Assembly (NCBI GenBank): GCA_963774265.1
Contig: CAVZDU010000002.1
Span: forward strand, 224,001-288,000
Reading direction: 5' to 3'
From: an uncultured Chloroflexia bacterium
GTDB lineage: Bacteria; Chloroflexota; Anaerolineae; CG2-30-64-16
Length of the DNA: 64,000 nucleotides
A model generated the notes under the pieces. It was not told where the DNA came from. It ran no database searches and was given only the letters and a program-made list of their open reading frames with translations. Positions 43,904 to 54,258 of this stretch are shown in pieces. Within the stretch, counting starts at the first letter, position 1, and each line of letters starts with the position of its first letter. Made by a program: the position numbers and the translations under genes.

Positions 43904-44851
43904 ATGCGCTTCGCGATTATGGGAACCGGCGGCGTCGGCGGCTATTTTGGCGGGCTGCTGGCAAAAAATGGCGAGGACGTCACCTTCATCGCGCGCGGTG
44001 CACATCTCGAGGCGATTCGCCGGGTCGGCTTACGTGTTGAGAGCGTCCACGGGGACTTCGTGGTGCCCCGCGCACAGGTCACTGACGATCCACGAACGGT
44101 TGGTCCGGTCGATGTCGTGTTATTTGCGACCAAGACCCACCAACTGGAAGCCGCCGCGCAAACCCTGCAGCCACTCATCGGGACGCACACTGTCGTGGTC
44201 CCGCTCCACAACGGAGTGGACGCGGCCGAGCGCACCGCGGCCATCCTTGGCCGGGAACACGTGCTTGGCGGAGTGTGCTACGTCGGCAGCATGATCGCCT
44301 CACCCGGGGTCATCCGCCAACAGAGCCCATTTCGTAGAGTCATCGTCGGTGAACTGGCGGGCAACCCGAGCGCTGGGGGTGCGACATCGCGGGTGCAAGC
44401 GATTGTCGATGCGTTGGCCAGATCCGGGGTCACAGCGGAAGCATCCCCCGATATCCAGGCCACAGCCTGGGTCAAATTTGCGTTTATCGGTCCCTTCAGC
44501 GGGGTGGGTGCAGTAACGCGCGCACCAGCCGGCGAAATCAATGCCACGAGCGAGACACGGCAGATGCTGTATGACACGATCCGCGAGGTGGAAGCCGTCG
44601 CGCTCGCCGAGGACGTGGCTGTCCCATCGGCTCTGTCGGGTGAGACAATTGCATTCTGCGAGGGACTGCCACCCGCCATGACTGCTTCTATGCAGCGGGA
44701 TGTACTCGACGGTAAGCCGTCGGAACTCGAGTCGCTCATTGGCGTGATGGTCCGTAAAGGCGAGGCGCGTCGAGTTGCGGTTCCGACCTTCCGATTCTTC
44801 TACGCGGCGCTGCTGCCACAGGAGAAGCGGGCACGCACGACGAGCAGGTGA
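43904..44851 (+). CDS. panE: 2-dehydropantoate 2-reductase (ketopantoate reductase family)
   Basis: MGTGGVGGYFG, ATKT, HNGV, WVKF and SMQRD...ELE. Confidence 0.88.
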   Translation: MRFAIMGTGGVGGYFGGLLAKNGEDVTFIARGAHLEAIRRVGLRVESVHGDFVVPRAQVTDDPRTVGPVDVVLFATKTHQLEAAAQTLQPLIGTHTVVVPLHNGVDAAERTAAILGREHVLGGVCYVGSMIASPGVIRQQSPFRRVIVGELAGNPSAGGATSRVQAIVDALARSGVTAEASPDIQATAWVKFAFIGPFSGVGAVTRAPAGEINATSETRQMLYDTIREVEAVALAEDVAVPSALSGETIAFCEGLPPAMTASMQRDVLDGKPSELESLIGVMVRKGEARRVAVPTFRFFYAALLPQEKRARTTSR

Positions 44852-45633
44852 TGGCTACATTTACGCGAGACGATACTTACACGGTCCAACTACCCGATTT
44901 CGAAGGGCCGCTTGATCTGCTGCTCCAGTTGATCGAGCGAGAAAAGCTTGATATCAGCGCTGTCTCGCTCGCGCAGGTTGCCGACCAGTTTCTGAGCACC
45001 GTTCGGCAAATGGAGCAGGTGGAAGCCGCGGACCTGGCCAATTTCCTGGTCATTGCCGTGAAGCTTGTGTGGATCAAATCCCGGTTATTGCTGCCCCAGC
45101 CACGACCGCCGAGTGACGACGGCGAAGAGGAAGATCCAGCTGAAGCTCTGGCGCGACAACTTCGAGAGTACAAGCGGTTCAAGGAAGCCGCCGCCTCACT
45201 GCGCTCTATCGAAGAAGCCGGCTTGCGCACATATCTGCGCGCGGCGCCACCCCCTGAGCTCGAACAGCGGCTCCAACCCGATGGCGGATTGATCAGCGAG
45301 CTTCTGGCCGCTGCACGCACGGCCTTCGCCGCACTCGACGCCTCAGCCCCGGAAATTCCACAAGGCATGGTGGCGCCTTTCAAACTCACCATCCAAGACC
45401 AGATCGTCCATATCCATGAAGTAACCCAGGGCAGGCAGCGCGTCACGTTTCGCGGCCTTCTCTCGCAGGCGCGTCACCGGCTTGAGATCATCGTCACGCT
45501 GCTCGCAGTGCTGGAACTCATCAAGCGGCAGCACATCCATGTCAAGCAGGATTCGGCCTTTGGTGAGATTTTCATTGAGGCGGCAGAAGGCGTGGAATTC
45601 AATGTTGATTCCGACGACGAGGCAGATATCTGA
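44851..45633 (+). CDS. scpA: Segregation and condensation protein A (SMC kleisin)
   Basis: FEGPLDLLLQLI, IKSRLLLP and LAVLELIK...QDSAFGEI. Confidence 0.93.
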   Translation: MATFTRDDTYTVQLPDFEGPLDLLLQLIEREKLDISAVSLAQVADQFLSTVRQMEQVEAADLANFLVIAVKLVWIKSRLLLPQPRPPSDDGEEEDPAEALARQLREYKRFKEAAASLRSIEEAGLRTYLRAAPPPELEQRLQPDGGLISELLAAARTAFAALDASAPEIPQGMVAPFKLTIQDQIVHIHEVTQGRQRVTFRGLLSQARHRLEIIVTLLAVLELIKRQHIHVKQDSAFGEIFIEAAEGVEFNVDSDDEADI

Positions 45634-45982
45634 GGAGCAGCAGAGCACAAGTCGCGCCGGCAGCATCGGTGGCGATATCGAAAGCATCGGGATGCCTGCC
45701 AGGCACAAATGATTGATGGAACTCGTCGCTAAGTGCGTAGAGAAGAACCATGGCGAGTGACCACCACAAAGGGTGCGCCACACCGGAGCCACTCAAGGCC
45801 CAGGCGAACAAGATGGCGAGCACCCCAAACGCCACGAAATGCCCCGCAATATCCTGCAACGCATCGGCCCAGCCCAGAGGAAGCAAAGGCAGACGGGACT
45901 GGGATGACAGAAAGAAGATCAGGGCCATCCAGATGACGGCCGCCGCCCAGCGGAATAGCCGATTCTCAGTCAGAACTTGCAA
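45599..45982 (-). CDS. VanZ family membrane protein
   Basis: WMALIFFLSSQ, HFVAFGVL, YALSDEFHQSFVPGR and DIATD; TTG start after GAGGAG is inferred. Confidence 0.85.
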   Translation of the reverse strand: MQVLTENRLFRWAAAVIWMALIFFLSSQSRLPLLPLGWADALQDIAGHFVAFGVLAILFAWALSGSGVAHPLWWSLAMVLLYALSDEFHQSFVPGRHPDAFDIATDAAGATCALLLLRYLPRRRNQH

Positions 45983-46008
45983 ACAAACTCCTCGAATCAT
46001 GGAGGTGG

Positions 46009-47208
46009 TTATTGCTGGCGCTGCGGATTTCCGTACGCCGTCAACGCGACCCCCGCAAGCACGTCCCAATTGAAATGCTCACACACACGATGACAGGCCG
46101 CCGTTCCAAGCGCAGCGCGGCGTGGCCGATCGTGAATCAGGCCAACGACAGCCCGGGCAAAATCCTCCGGGTCACCCGGAGCAACCAGCACGCCTGTCTT
46201 GCCGAGTGTGCTCGGTATCTCGCCCACACGAGTCGCAACCACAGGGAGGCCCGCGGCCATGAGCTCCAGGATCTTGGCGCTGTGCCGCGCACAGTTGGCT
46301 GGGGTGTCGCGCCATGGCGCGATAGCGACCGCGGCCTGCACCAGGGTCGCATGGATCTGGTCTGCAGCCAGCCAGCCCTTCACTTCGACGCCCGGCAGCA
46401 AGGCCAGGTTCCGTTCTTCTCCCAAGGCGCCACGTCCGATGATGGTGAGCCTGGCGTCTGGCTCCAGCGCCCGAATCCGGCGCCAGATAGCCGCAACATC
46501 GTCGGGCCGCGTCCCTGCAAAGCGCGTGTACAGCACTACGCATGCAGGGATGGGGCTTGTCGTCTCACCTCTGGAGGGAAGACCCAAATCCCGCAAGGGC
46601 GCCACGTCGTCGTCATCACCGTATGTACTCGCCTCGACGCCATTGGGCAAGATACGGACGTTCTCCGGTCCGGCTCCGAAGCCGATGGCGCGCTCAGCCA
46701 GGCATTGGCTTGTCACGGTCCAGGCATCGGCATGCGACAGCCCGAACCGCTCTTGCCAGGTGAAGAATCGCTTCTGCCCTTCGGAATAGCCTGCCGCCGG
46801 ATTGTCGTTCCAGCCGCCCGGTCCCTCCCAATCGTCCGAATCGACGATGAGCCGGGGGCGTACGTCTCGCCGCCGGGTCCAGAGGAGCGTTGCAGCTAAC
46901 CCCGATGGCCCCTTCGGCTTGAAGGCATGAACGACATGCGGACGCCACTGCACGGCTGCCTGGTATAGGCGCCATCCAAGCTGCCAGTGCCAGGGTGCGC
47001 TTTGGCCGCCCGGAGGCAGGCTCACGTTGATGACCTCGACCCCGGCGTCGTTCCATCGCTGCCCGGCGTCCTCAATGCTGTCATAGGGCGGGATAAACAC
47101 GGCGACAGTATGGCCGTGGCGCACCAAAGCACGCGCCAGCGGCAGAGTTCGCGCGCGGGCTGTCCCTTTGGTGCGTATTCCGAATGGGGCGAGGAGGGCG
47201 ATGCGCAT
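46009..47208 (-). CDS. Glycosyltransferase family 4
   Basis: MRIALLAP, GHTVAV, ILPNGV and KILELMAAGLPVVATRVG. Confidence 0.9.
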   Translation of the reverse strand: MRIALLAPFGIRTKGTARARTLPLARALVRHGHTVAVFIPPYDSIEDAGQRWNDAGVEVINVSLPPGGQSAPWHWQLGWRLYQAAVQWRPHVVHAFKPKGPSGLAATLLWTRRRDVRPRLIVDSDDWEGPGGWNDNPAAGYSEGQKRFFTWQERFGLSHADAWTVTSQCLAERAIGFGAGPENVRILPNGVEASTYGDDDDVAPLRDLGLPSRGETTSPIPACVVLYTRFAGTRPDDVAAIWRRIRALEPDARLTIIGRGALGEERNLALLPGVEVKGWLAADQIHATLVQAAVAIAPWRDTPANCARHSAKILELMAAGLPVVATRVGEIPSTLGKTGVLVAPGDPEDFARAVVGLIHDRPRRAALGTAACHRVCEHFNWDVLAGVALTAYGNPQRQQ

Positions 47209-47253
47209 GCGAAGATGGTACCACACAACCTCTTCTTATGGTATCATGCGGCT
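47209..47253. promoter_or_regulatory. Back-to-back extended -10 promoters, probably giving leaderless mRNAs
   Basis: Plus strand TGG-TATCAT-6 nt-ATG(47254); minus strand TGG-TACCAT-6 nt-ATG(47208). No room for a Shine-Dalgarno sequence between either -10 element and its ATG. Confidence 0.55.
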
Positions 47254-48525
47254 ATGACGCATCCTTCCTCCTCGAGCCTGCCGGGCGAGCGTCTGGCGTT
47301 ACTTGCGCGCCTGGCCCAACAGTTCAACTCGTCCCTGGACCTGGACGAGGTCCTCAACCGAGTGATGGACGAGGTGATTGTTGCCGTCCAAGCAGAGCGC
47401 GGGTTCGTCATGCTTCGCGAGGCTAATGGCGCGCTCTCCTTCATGGTGGCACGCGGGATGGACCAACGCACCATCGAAGAGCCGGGTTTCCAGGTGTCAC
47501 GCGGGGTCATCGAGCGAGTTGCAGCCGATGGCCGACCCATCTTGTCTTCGGACGCGCAGCACGACGATCGGTTCTCGATGCGCCAATCCATCGTCAGCCT
47601 GGGCCTGCGCTCCATCCTTTGCACCCCGCTTGTCGTGCGCGATCAGATTACGGGGGTCATTTATGTCGACAGCCGTCTGCACGCGGGCATTTTCGCTCCG
47701 ACCGATCTGGAACTTCTGACGGCCATTGCTTCCAGCGCGGCTATCGCGCTTGAGAATGCGCGATTGTATCGCGCGGCCGTTGAGAAGGGCCGTTTGGAGC
47801 GAGAGCTTCAAATGGCGCGCGAGCTGCAGTCCGGTCTGCTGCCCCACGACTTGCCCGTGCTCCCGGGTTGGGACTTCGCCGCGCGCTGGCAGCCCGCACG
47901 GGAGGTGGCTGGAGACTTTTACGATTTCATCCGCGTCCGCGAAGATCGGCTAGGTCTACTCGTGGCCGATGTGGCAGACAAGGGCATGGCGGCGGCCATC
48001 TTCATGGCGCTCTCACGCAGCATCCTGCGCGCGAGCCTGGCCAACGCAGCCTCGCCGGCCGAAGGAATTGCGGCAGCTAACCGACTCATCTGCGAGGACG
48101 CGACCGGCGGCATGTTCGTCACGCTGTTCTATGCGGAGGTGGACACGTCAGGCAAGTTGACCTATGTCAATGCGGGCCACAATCCTGCATTACTCAGCCT
48201 TGGCCGAGGGGGCCCGTGTCGCGAGCTAACGGGAACAGGGCCTCTGTTGGGGGTCGATGAGCATTCCCAGTTCCACCAGGTGACCCTGCAACTTGCACAA
48301 GGCGACTTCGTACTACTTTATACCGACGGCGTGACCGAGGCGATGTGCAGTTGTGCGGAGGATGCCTGCTTCGGCGAAGAGCGACTTCGGGAGTTGGTGC
48401 AGGCACAAAGTGCTGGTTCGGCATGCGCAGTGCTTGATGCTCTCAGCCTTGCCTTGACGGACTTTATAGGCCCCACGCCGCCGTTCGATGATGTGACAGT
48501 GGTCGGGATCAAGAGGCTTGCATGA
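47254..48525 (+). CDS. GAF-domain PP2C/SpoIIE (RsbU-like) serine phosphatase
   Basis: GAF (SILCTPL, GVIYVDS), then VAGDFYD, ADVADKG, NAGH, YTDGVTE and DDVTVV. Confidence 0.92.
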   Translation: MTHPSSSSLPGERLALLARLAQQFNSSLDLDEVLNRVMDEVIVAVQAERGFVMLREANGALSFMVARGMDQRTIEEPGFQVSRGVIERVAADGRPILSSDAQHDDRFSMRQSIVSLGLRSILCTPLVVRDQITGVIYVDSRLHAGIFAPTDLELLTAIASSAAIALENARLYRAAVEKGRLERELQMARELQSGLLPHDLPVLPGWDFAARWQPAREVAGDFYDFIRVREDRLGLLVADVADKGMAAAIFMALSRSILRASLANAASPAEGIAAANRLICEDATGGMFVTLFYAEVDTSGKLTYVNAGHNPALLSLGRGGPCRELTGTGPLLGVDEHSQFHQVTLQLAQGDFVLLYTDGVTEAMCSCAEDACFGEERLRELVQAQSAGSACAVLDALSLALTDFIGPTPPFDDVTVVGIKRLA

Positions 48526-51500
48526 TTGGGGCGGTGCTCAACAATCGCTATCGGCTTGACGCCGAGCTCGGCCACGGCGGCATGGGGGTGGTCTACCGCG
48601 GCCACGACCTGCTGCTCGGCCGGGATGTGGCGGTGAAGCTGCTAAATCGAGCCGGCCTTACCCCGGAGGGCCGCGCTCGCCTGCTGCGCGAGGCGCAGGC
48701 CGTCGCCAAGCTCAATCACCCGAATATTGTCACGCTTTATGATGCGGGAGAGGCCGATAATGCGCCCTTCATCGTCATGGAGTTACTCACCGGGCACTCG
48801 CTTTATGAGCGCAAGCCGGCCAACATAGACGAATTGCTCCAGGTGGCCCGACAGGTATGCGCGGCGTTGGAACATGCACATGAACACGGGATTATTCATC
48901 GCGATCTGAAACCGGAGAATGTCATCCTGATCGATCACCGGCCCAACGGCGCGACCGGGTTCTCAAGCGGCGACTTGCGAGTTAAGCTGACGGATTTCGG
49001 GCTGGCCCGGTCGGTCACCTCCCGACAAAGCACCAATGGCGGGCTGGTGGGAACCGTATTCTATCTGCCCCCCGAGCAAGCGATGGGGCGCGAACTCGAT
49101 GGCCGGGCTGATCTATACTCACTCGGCGTGATGCTCTACGAGCTGGCGGCGGGCCGGCTCCCTTTCGGCGGGGACGATCCACTCACAGTTATTGCTCAAC
49201 ATCTAACCGCGCCTGCGGTGCCGCCCAGCACCTTTAACCCGGGCATCTCGGGCGCTCTCGAAGCGCTCATCCTCAAACTGATCGGCAAGCAACCCGAGGA
49301 CCGGCCTGCAACGGCTGCGGAAGTAGGGCATGTGCTGGAGCGCATTGCCCGAAAGAGCACCGATCTGATTCTCGCGGCCACGGAGTCGGCTGAGCCATCG
49401 CCTCTGGAACGCCTCGTACGTGGCCGATTGGTTGGGCGAGACGGTGAGCTTGCTGAGGCGCGCACCATATGGCAGAGAGCCACGGTCGACCCGGATACCG
49501 AGACACCACACGTGCTCCTGATTGCGGGTGAATCGGGTGTCGGCAAAACACCTTTCGTGCGCGCATTGCGGGCATTGGCTGAGGTTTCACGCGGGCGGTG
49601 GCTCCACGGCGAGTGCTACGCCCAGGGTGGTTCTCCCTACGCGGCGTTCGATCAAGCCTTCGGCGCGGTGCTCACGGATCCTGTGCTGCAGGCTGCCGTC
49701 CCAAAGTGGATTGCGGCCGAGCTCGTTCGCATTGCGCCTTCGTTACGAAGTTGCATGCCTGAGTTGCCTGTGGACTCTTCTAAGGCGGATGCCGGCCGAT
49801 TGGTGGAAAGCGTCGTAGCTGCCAGCGAAGCAATTATCGCGACCGGCCGGGGCCGAAACTCACCTCCTTCGCCTCTGATGTTGGTCATTGAGGATCTGCA
49901 GTGGGCGGATCCTGCGGCACTGGCGTTGCTGCGGAGCCTGGCACGACGAGCTCGCATGGGCAGGCTGCAGATTCTAATCGTCCTCACTTACCGGGAATCA
50001 GAACTGCGCGAGGCGCAAGGTGTTCGGGATCTGGTGCTCGACTTCACCCGCGAGCGATTGGCTGCACGTATTCGGCTGGAGTCTTTCGATCGTGACCGAA
50101 CAGCCGAGCTGCTGCGCGTGATGTTTCAGCAAGAAATCCCGCCTGCATTCGCCGACGAGATCTACCGCGAGACGGAGGGCAACCTGTTCTACATCGAAGA
50201 GGTCTGCAAGACCTTGATCGAGGAAGGAGCACTACGTCGCGCGGAGAGCGGCTGGGAGTTACCGGGCGAACTGTGTTGTGAGGCATTGCCCCAAAGCGTG
50301 CGCCTGACAGTGCAGGCGCGAATCACCAATCTTGCCCCTGCAACGCAGGATGTGCTCCGCCTCGGCGCCGTGATCGGACGTGAGTTCGACTTCGAGACTC
50401 TCCAAAGAGCCGCCGACCTTCCTGAGAGCACGCTCATCGACGCGCTTGAGGACGCCCAGCACGCACAGTTGATCATGGAGGTGCATGACGGCCCCAATCG
50501 GGCCGCAAGCCAAGAGGCCTTCCGCTTCGCGCACAACCTGGTGGCGGCCACACTGCGCGACAGCATCAGCGGCATCCGCCGGCGACGGATGCACCGGCGA
50601 GTCGGACAGGTGATCGAAGCGTTGCGTCCGGATGATCACGCTTCACTCGCCTATCATTTCACACAGGCCGGTGATGACGCGCATGCTCGAACGCAACTGC
50701 AACAAGCCGGCGAGGCCGCTCGGCGCGCCTACGCGAACGACGCAGCATTGGAGGCATACACTCAAGCGCTGGCGCTCACGCCTGACGCGTCAGCGGAGCG
50801 TTTCGACATCCTGCTGGCCCGAGTCGAGACTTACAATCTGTTGGGCCGCAGATCTGAGCAGCGAGCGGATATCCAGGAGTTGCTGGTGCTCGCCGAGAGA
50901 TTGGATGACGATGAGCGACGCTTCGAAGCGCTGCTGGCCCAGGCTGATTACGACATCGGGACTCAGCAATTGCATGCACGCGAGCCGGCACAGCGGGCGG
51001 TCGAGATGGCGCGACGACTAGGCGACAAGGCACGCGAGGGCCGGGCACTGATCTGCCTCGGCATGGATGCCCGACTTCATGGCGACCTCGAACGCAGTCG
51101 GCCGGCGTTGGAACTGGCGATCGATAGATTGCGCGAAGTAGGACTCATAGGGGAGGCTGCAGCCTGTCTGCAGACCCTCTCACTCACGTTAGGCGATCTG
51201 GCCGAGTTTGGCCCAGCGCTGGCGGCGGCTGAGGAGGCCGTCCGGCTGAGTCAGCAGCTCGGAGATAAGCGCCGGGAAGCGGTCAGCCTGCGCCGGGTCG
51301 CTATCGCCTATATGGAACAGAATCAGTTCGCCGAGGCGCTGCCCTACGCGGAATCTGCGTTAGAACTCCACAGGGAGGTGGGCGAGCGAGTCGAGGAATG
51401 CCACGCACATAACGTGTTGGGAATCATCAACGCCTATTTGGGGCGGGGAAGCGAGGCCGAAGCTCACTGGCGAGCCGGACTTCCGCTGGCCGAAGCGGCT

Positions 51501-52373
51501 GAGACGACGGTGGGCGGCCTTTACTGTCTCGAAAACATGTCTGTACTCCACTTCGCCTGGCGTGGCGAATATCTCGCGGGCATCGCCCTGATTCAGGAGC
51601 AGCTTACGCGGCCCTACCTGGGAGAAAACGCCTACGCGGCCATGTTACTTCGGTTCCGCATTGCGCAGTTTAGCCATGCCCTGGGTCTGCGTGAGCAGGC
51701 GCTGGCGCTCATGCCGGAAGTGCTTGATGTGGCTCAACGCCTGGTAAGCCAGGGAATCATGATAAGGAGCCTGCTCGCCGCAGTGCGCGCGACTTACGGC
51801 AAAATGCTGGCGGACGGGGATCGTCTTGAGGAGGCGCGGCGGGAACTTACAGAAGCCTTACGCATGACACTGGCCGAGAAATGGATCGTGCAGCGTGGTG
51901 ATGCCTTGCTGACCTGGGCACAAGGTGTCCTGGCGCTCCGAACGAGCGATCAGTCGCGCCGAGCGATCGAACTGACCACAGCAGCCTTGAGACGATTCGG
52001 CAACGCTGCGCCCTGGAATTTCGATGCCGGGGCCGCCCATCTTGTGCTTGCCGAACTACATCTTGCTTTGAAAGAGACAGGCCCCGCGCTCGAACATGCA
52101 AGAAAGGCCCTGGCCATCCAGGGCGCCCGCCAGTATGGAGTTGAACGCTTTCACTACACACTGGCTTGCGCGCTGCGGGAAGACGGCCAACCCGCTGAGG
52201 CCGCTGAAGCCATTCGTGCGGCATACCAAAGGGTTCTCCTGGTCGCGGGCCGCACGCCTGATCCCCAGGCCCAGTCCGCCTGGCTCGAACGGGTCCCCAC
52301 GAATCGGGCCGTCATCACATGGTGGGAGGCCCTCAACCAACCCGGCGGCCTGACCGCCACCGCCATCACCTGA
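48522..52373 (+). CDS. Ser/Thr protein kinase - STAND (AAA) ATPase - TPR multidomain protein
   Basis: Kinase motifs LGHGGMG, VAVK, HRDLKPEN and DFG; Walker A GESGVGKT, Walker B IEDLQWAD, GNLFY; helical TPR-like C-terminus. Confidence 0.92.
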   Translation: MIGAVLNNRYRLDAELGHGGMGVVYRGHDLLLGRDVAVKLLNRAGLTPEGRARLLREAQAVAKLNHPNIVTLYDAGEADNAPFIVMELLTGHSLYERKPANIDELLQVARQVCAALEHAHEHGIIHRDLKPENVILIDHRPNGATGFSSGDLRVKLTDFGLARSVTSRQSTNGGLVGTVFYLPPEQAMGRELDGRADLYSLGVMLYELAAGRLPFGGDDPLTVIAQHLTAPAVPPSTFNPGISGALEALILKLIGKQPEDRPATAAEVGHVLERIARKSTDLILAATESAEPSPLERLVRGRLVGRDGELAEARTIWQRATVDPDTETPHVLLIAGESGVGKTPFVRALRALAEVSRGRWLHGECYAQGGSPYAAFDQAFGAVLTDPVLQAAVPKWIAAELVRIAPSLRSCMPELPVDSSKADAGRLVESVVAASEAIIATGRGRNSPPSPLMLVIEDLQWADPAALALLRSLARRARMGRLQILIVLTYRESELREAQGVRDLVLDFTRERLAARIRLESFDRDRTAELLRVMFQQEIPPAFADEIYRETEGNLFYIEEVCKTLIEEGALRRAESGWELPGELCCEALPQSVRLTVQARITNLAPATQDVLRLGAVIGREFDFETLQRAADLPESTLIDALEDAQHAQLIMEVHDGPNRAASQEAFRFAHNLVAATLRDSISGIRRRRMHRRVGQVIEALRPDDHASLAYHFTQAGDDAHARTQLQQAGEAARRAYANDAALEAYTQALALTPDASAERFDILLARVETYNLLGRRSEQRADIQELLVLAERLDDDERRFEALLAQADYDIGTQQLHAREPAQRAVEMARRLGDKAREGRALICLGMDARLHGDLERSRPALELAIDRLREVGLIGEAAACLQTLSLTLGDLAEFGPALAAAEEAVRLSQQLGDKRREAVSLRRVAIAYMEQNQFAEALPYAESALELHREVGERVEECHAHNVLGIINAYLGRGSEAEAHWRAGLPLAEAAETTVGGLYCLENMSVLHFAWRGEYLAGIALIQEQLTRPYLGENAYAAMLLRFRIAQFSHALGLREQALALMPEVLDVAQRLVSQGIMIRSLLAAVRATYGKMLADGDRLEEARRELTEALRMTLAEKWIVQRGDALLTWAQGVLALRTSDQSRRAIELTTAALRRFGNAAPWNFDAGAAHLVLAELHLALKETGPALEHARKALAIQGARQYGVERFHYTLACALREDGQPAEAAEAIRAAYQRVLLVAGRTPDPQAQSAWLERVPTNRAVITWWEALNQPGGLTATAIT

Positions 52374-52381
52374 AAGCCGAC

Positions 52382-54244
52382 ATGTCCGATCCAACCATCG
52401 CATCGAACAGCCTTGTGATCTACCGCACGCGACCGGGTCGCGTTATGGCCGCGGCCGGCGATAAGCTCTCGCTGGAACTGGAAGGCGGCGAGACCGCGAA
52501 AGTCCGGCCCAAAGACGTGTCGCTGCTCCACCCAGGCCCGCTGCAATCGTTGGCCGAACTGAGCGCGCGCCGCCTGTCCTCTGACGTGCAGACAGCCTGG
52601 GAACTTCTCGCGGGCAATCCGACGTCGATCGCAGAGATCGCCGAGTTGACGTTCGGCGCTTTCACCCCCGCAACTGCCTGGGCCGCATGGCAGCTCGTGG
52701 CAGACGGTCTCTACTTCCGGCAGACAGGCGAAGTCATCCGGGCCACCACGGGCGAGGAGTTTGCACACACCCAATCGCAACGCGCAGCAGAGGCAGCTGA
52801 GCGAGTGGCGTGGGAAGCGTTCATGGGACGCGCAAAAAGCGGGAATGTTACGCATGACGACCGCCGCTATCTGCGCGAGGTGGAAGACCTGGCCTATGGC
52901 CGCACTGAGCGCAGCCGCGTACTCAAGACCCTGGGCAGGGAGGAGAGCGCCGAAAACGCACACGCGGCCCTCCTGGAATGGGGAGCGTGGGACGATACGA
53001 TCAACCCTCATCTTGCCCGGGCCGAGCTGAATATTGCTCCTCCCTCCATCTCCGTTCCCACCGAGCTGAGCGCGCTTTTGGCTGATCCGACCCGCATCGA
53101 TCTAGCTCACTTACCAGCGTTCGCGGTGGATGATGAGTCGACCGAAACGCCCGATGACGCGTTGAGTTGGGAAGATGGACCGGGATTAGGCAAGGTGTGG
53201 ATCCACGTGGCGGATCCTGCAGCATTCATTCGCCCAGGTGACCAGCTCGATTTGGAAGCCCGCAGTCGCGGTGTGACCCTGCACCTGCCCGAGTTCGTGA
53301 TCCCGATGCTTCCCGCAGCGACGACGCCGCTTCTGGGGCTGGGGCTGAACGAATTCTCGCCTGCGTTGTCATTCGGCATCAGCGTGGACGAGGCCGGGGA
53401 GATCACGGGCGTGGAGATCGCGCCCAGTATCGTGCGCGTGAGCCGGCTGACCTATGAGGTGGCGAGCGCACGCCTGGCAGAGGCGCCGTTCACCGGACTT
53501 CAACGCATTGCCTTGTCGCTCGAGGCCCGAAGGAACGCAGCCGGTGCGGTGAAGATCGACCTGCCCGAGGTGCAAGTCCGCGTGCGCGACGGCGATATCG
53601 AGATCAATCCCGTGCTTACACTGCCCGGTCGCGTGGTGGTGGAGAATTGCATGATTCTGGCGGGCGAGGCCGTGGCACAGTACGCGCTGGAGCGCCGCAT
53701 CCCTCTGCCCTATGCCACACAGGACGCGCCGGACAACCCTTTTTCCACGCCCGCACAGACACTTTCGGAAATGTTCGCGCTGCGCCGCACGATGAAGCGG
53801 AGCCAGTATCGCAGCGCGCCCGCGGCGCACAGCGGACTGGGCCTCGCGGCCTACAGCCAGGCCACAAGCCCCCTGCGCCGGTATCTTGACCTGGTGGTGC
53901 ACCAGCAGTTGCGCGCGCACGCCGCAGGGGAGCCCGTGCTCACGGCCGCGGAGATCATCGAGCGAATCGGCGAGGTTGAACCCTCTATCGCGGCTGAGCG
54001 TCAAGCCGAATCGCAGTCCGAGAAGCACTGGACGCTGGCATTTCTGCGCCGTCGAACCGGTTGGCGTGGTAAGGCGGTCCTGGTGGACCGCCGCAACGCA
54101 AGCGGCATCTTCATCATCCCTGAGTTAGCGTTGGAGACGCAGATCCATTTGAATGCCGATCTACCCTTGGACACTGAAGTCACCCTGGTCCTGCGTTCGG
54201 TGGATCTGCCTCGCCTGGACGCCCGCTTCAGGATCGAACTCTGA
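52382..54244 (+). CDS. RNB-domain exoribonuclease (RNase II/R family)
   Basis: AVDDESTETPDDALS, WIHVAD, HSGLG and TSPLRRYLDL. Confidence 0.9.
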   Translation: MSDPTIASNSLVIYRTRPGRVMAAAGDKLSLELEGGETAKVRPKDVSLLHPGPLQSLAELSARRLSSDVQTAWELLAGNPTSIAEIAELTFGAFTPATAWAAWQLVADGLYFRQTGEVIRATTGEEFAHTQSQRAAEAAERVAWEAFMGRAKSGNVTHDDRRYLREVEDLAYGRTERSRVLKTLGREESAENAHAALLEWGAWDDTINPHLARAELNIAPPSISVPTELSALLADPTRIDLAHLPAFAVDDESTETPDDALSWEDGPGLGKVWIHVADPAAFIRPGDQLDLEARSRGVTLHLPEFVIPMLPAATTPLLGLGLNEFSPALSFGISVDEAGEITGVEIAPSIVRVSRLTYEVASARLAEAPFTGLQRIALSLEARRNAAGAVKIDLPEVQVRVRDGDIEINPVLTLPGRVVVENCMILAGEAVAQYALERRIPLPYATQDAPDNPFSTPAQTLSEMFALRRTMKRSQYRSAPAAHSGLGLAAYSQATSPLRRYLDLVVHQQLRAHAAGEPVLTAAEIIERIGEVEPSIAAERQAESQSEKHWTLAFLRRRTGWRGKAVLVDRRNASGIFIIPELALETQIHLNADLPLDTEVTLVLRSVDLPRLDARFRIEL

Positions 54245-54258
54245 TCACGGAGGAAATC

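Noticed and set aside
44851-45633. scpA without an adjacent scpB
   Set aside because: Separation of scpA and scpB is common and not informative without the rest of the genome.
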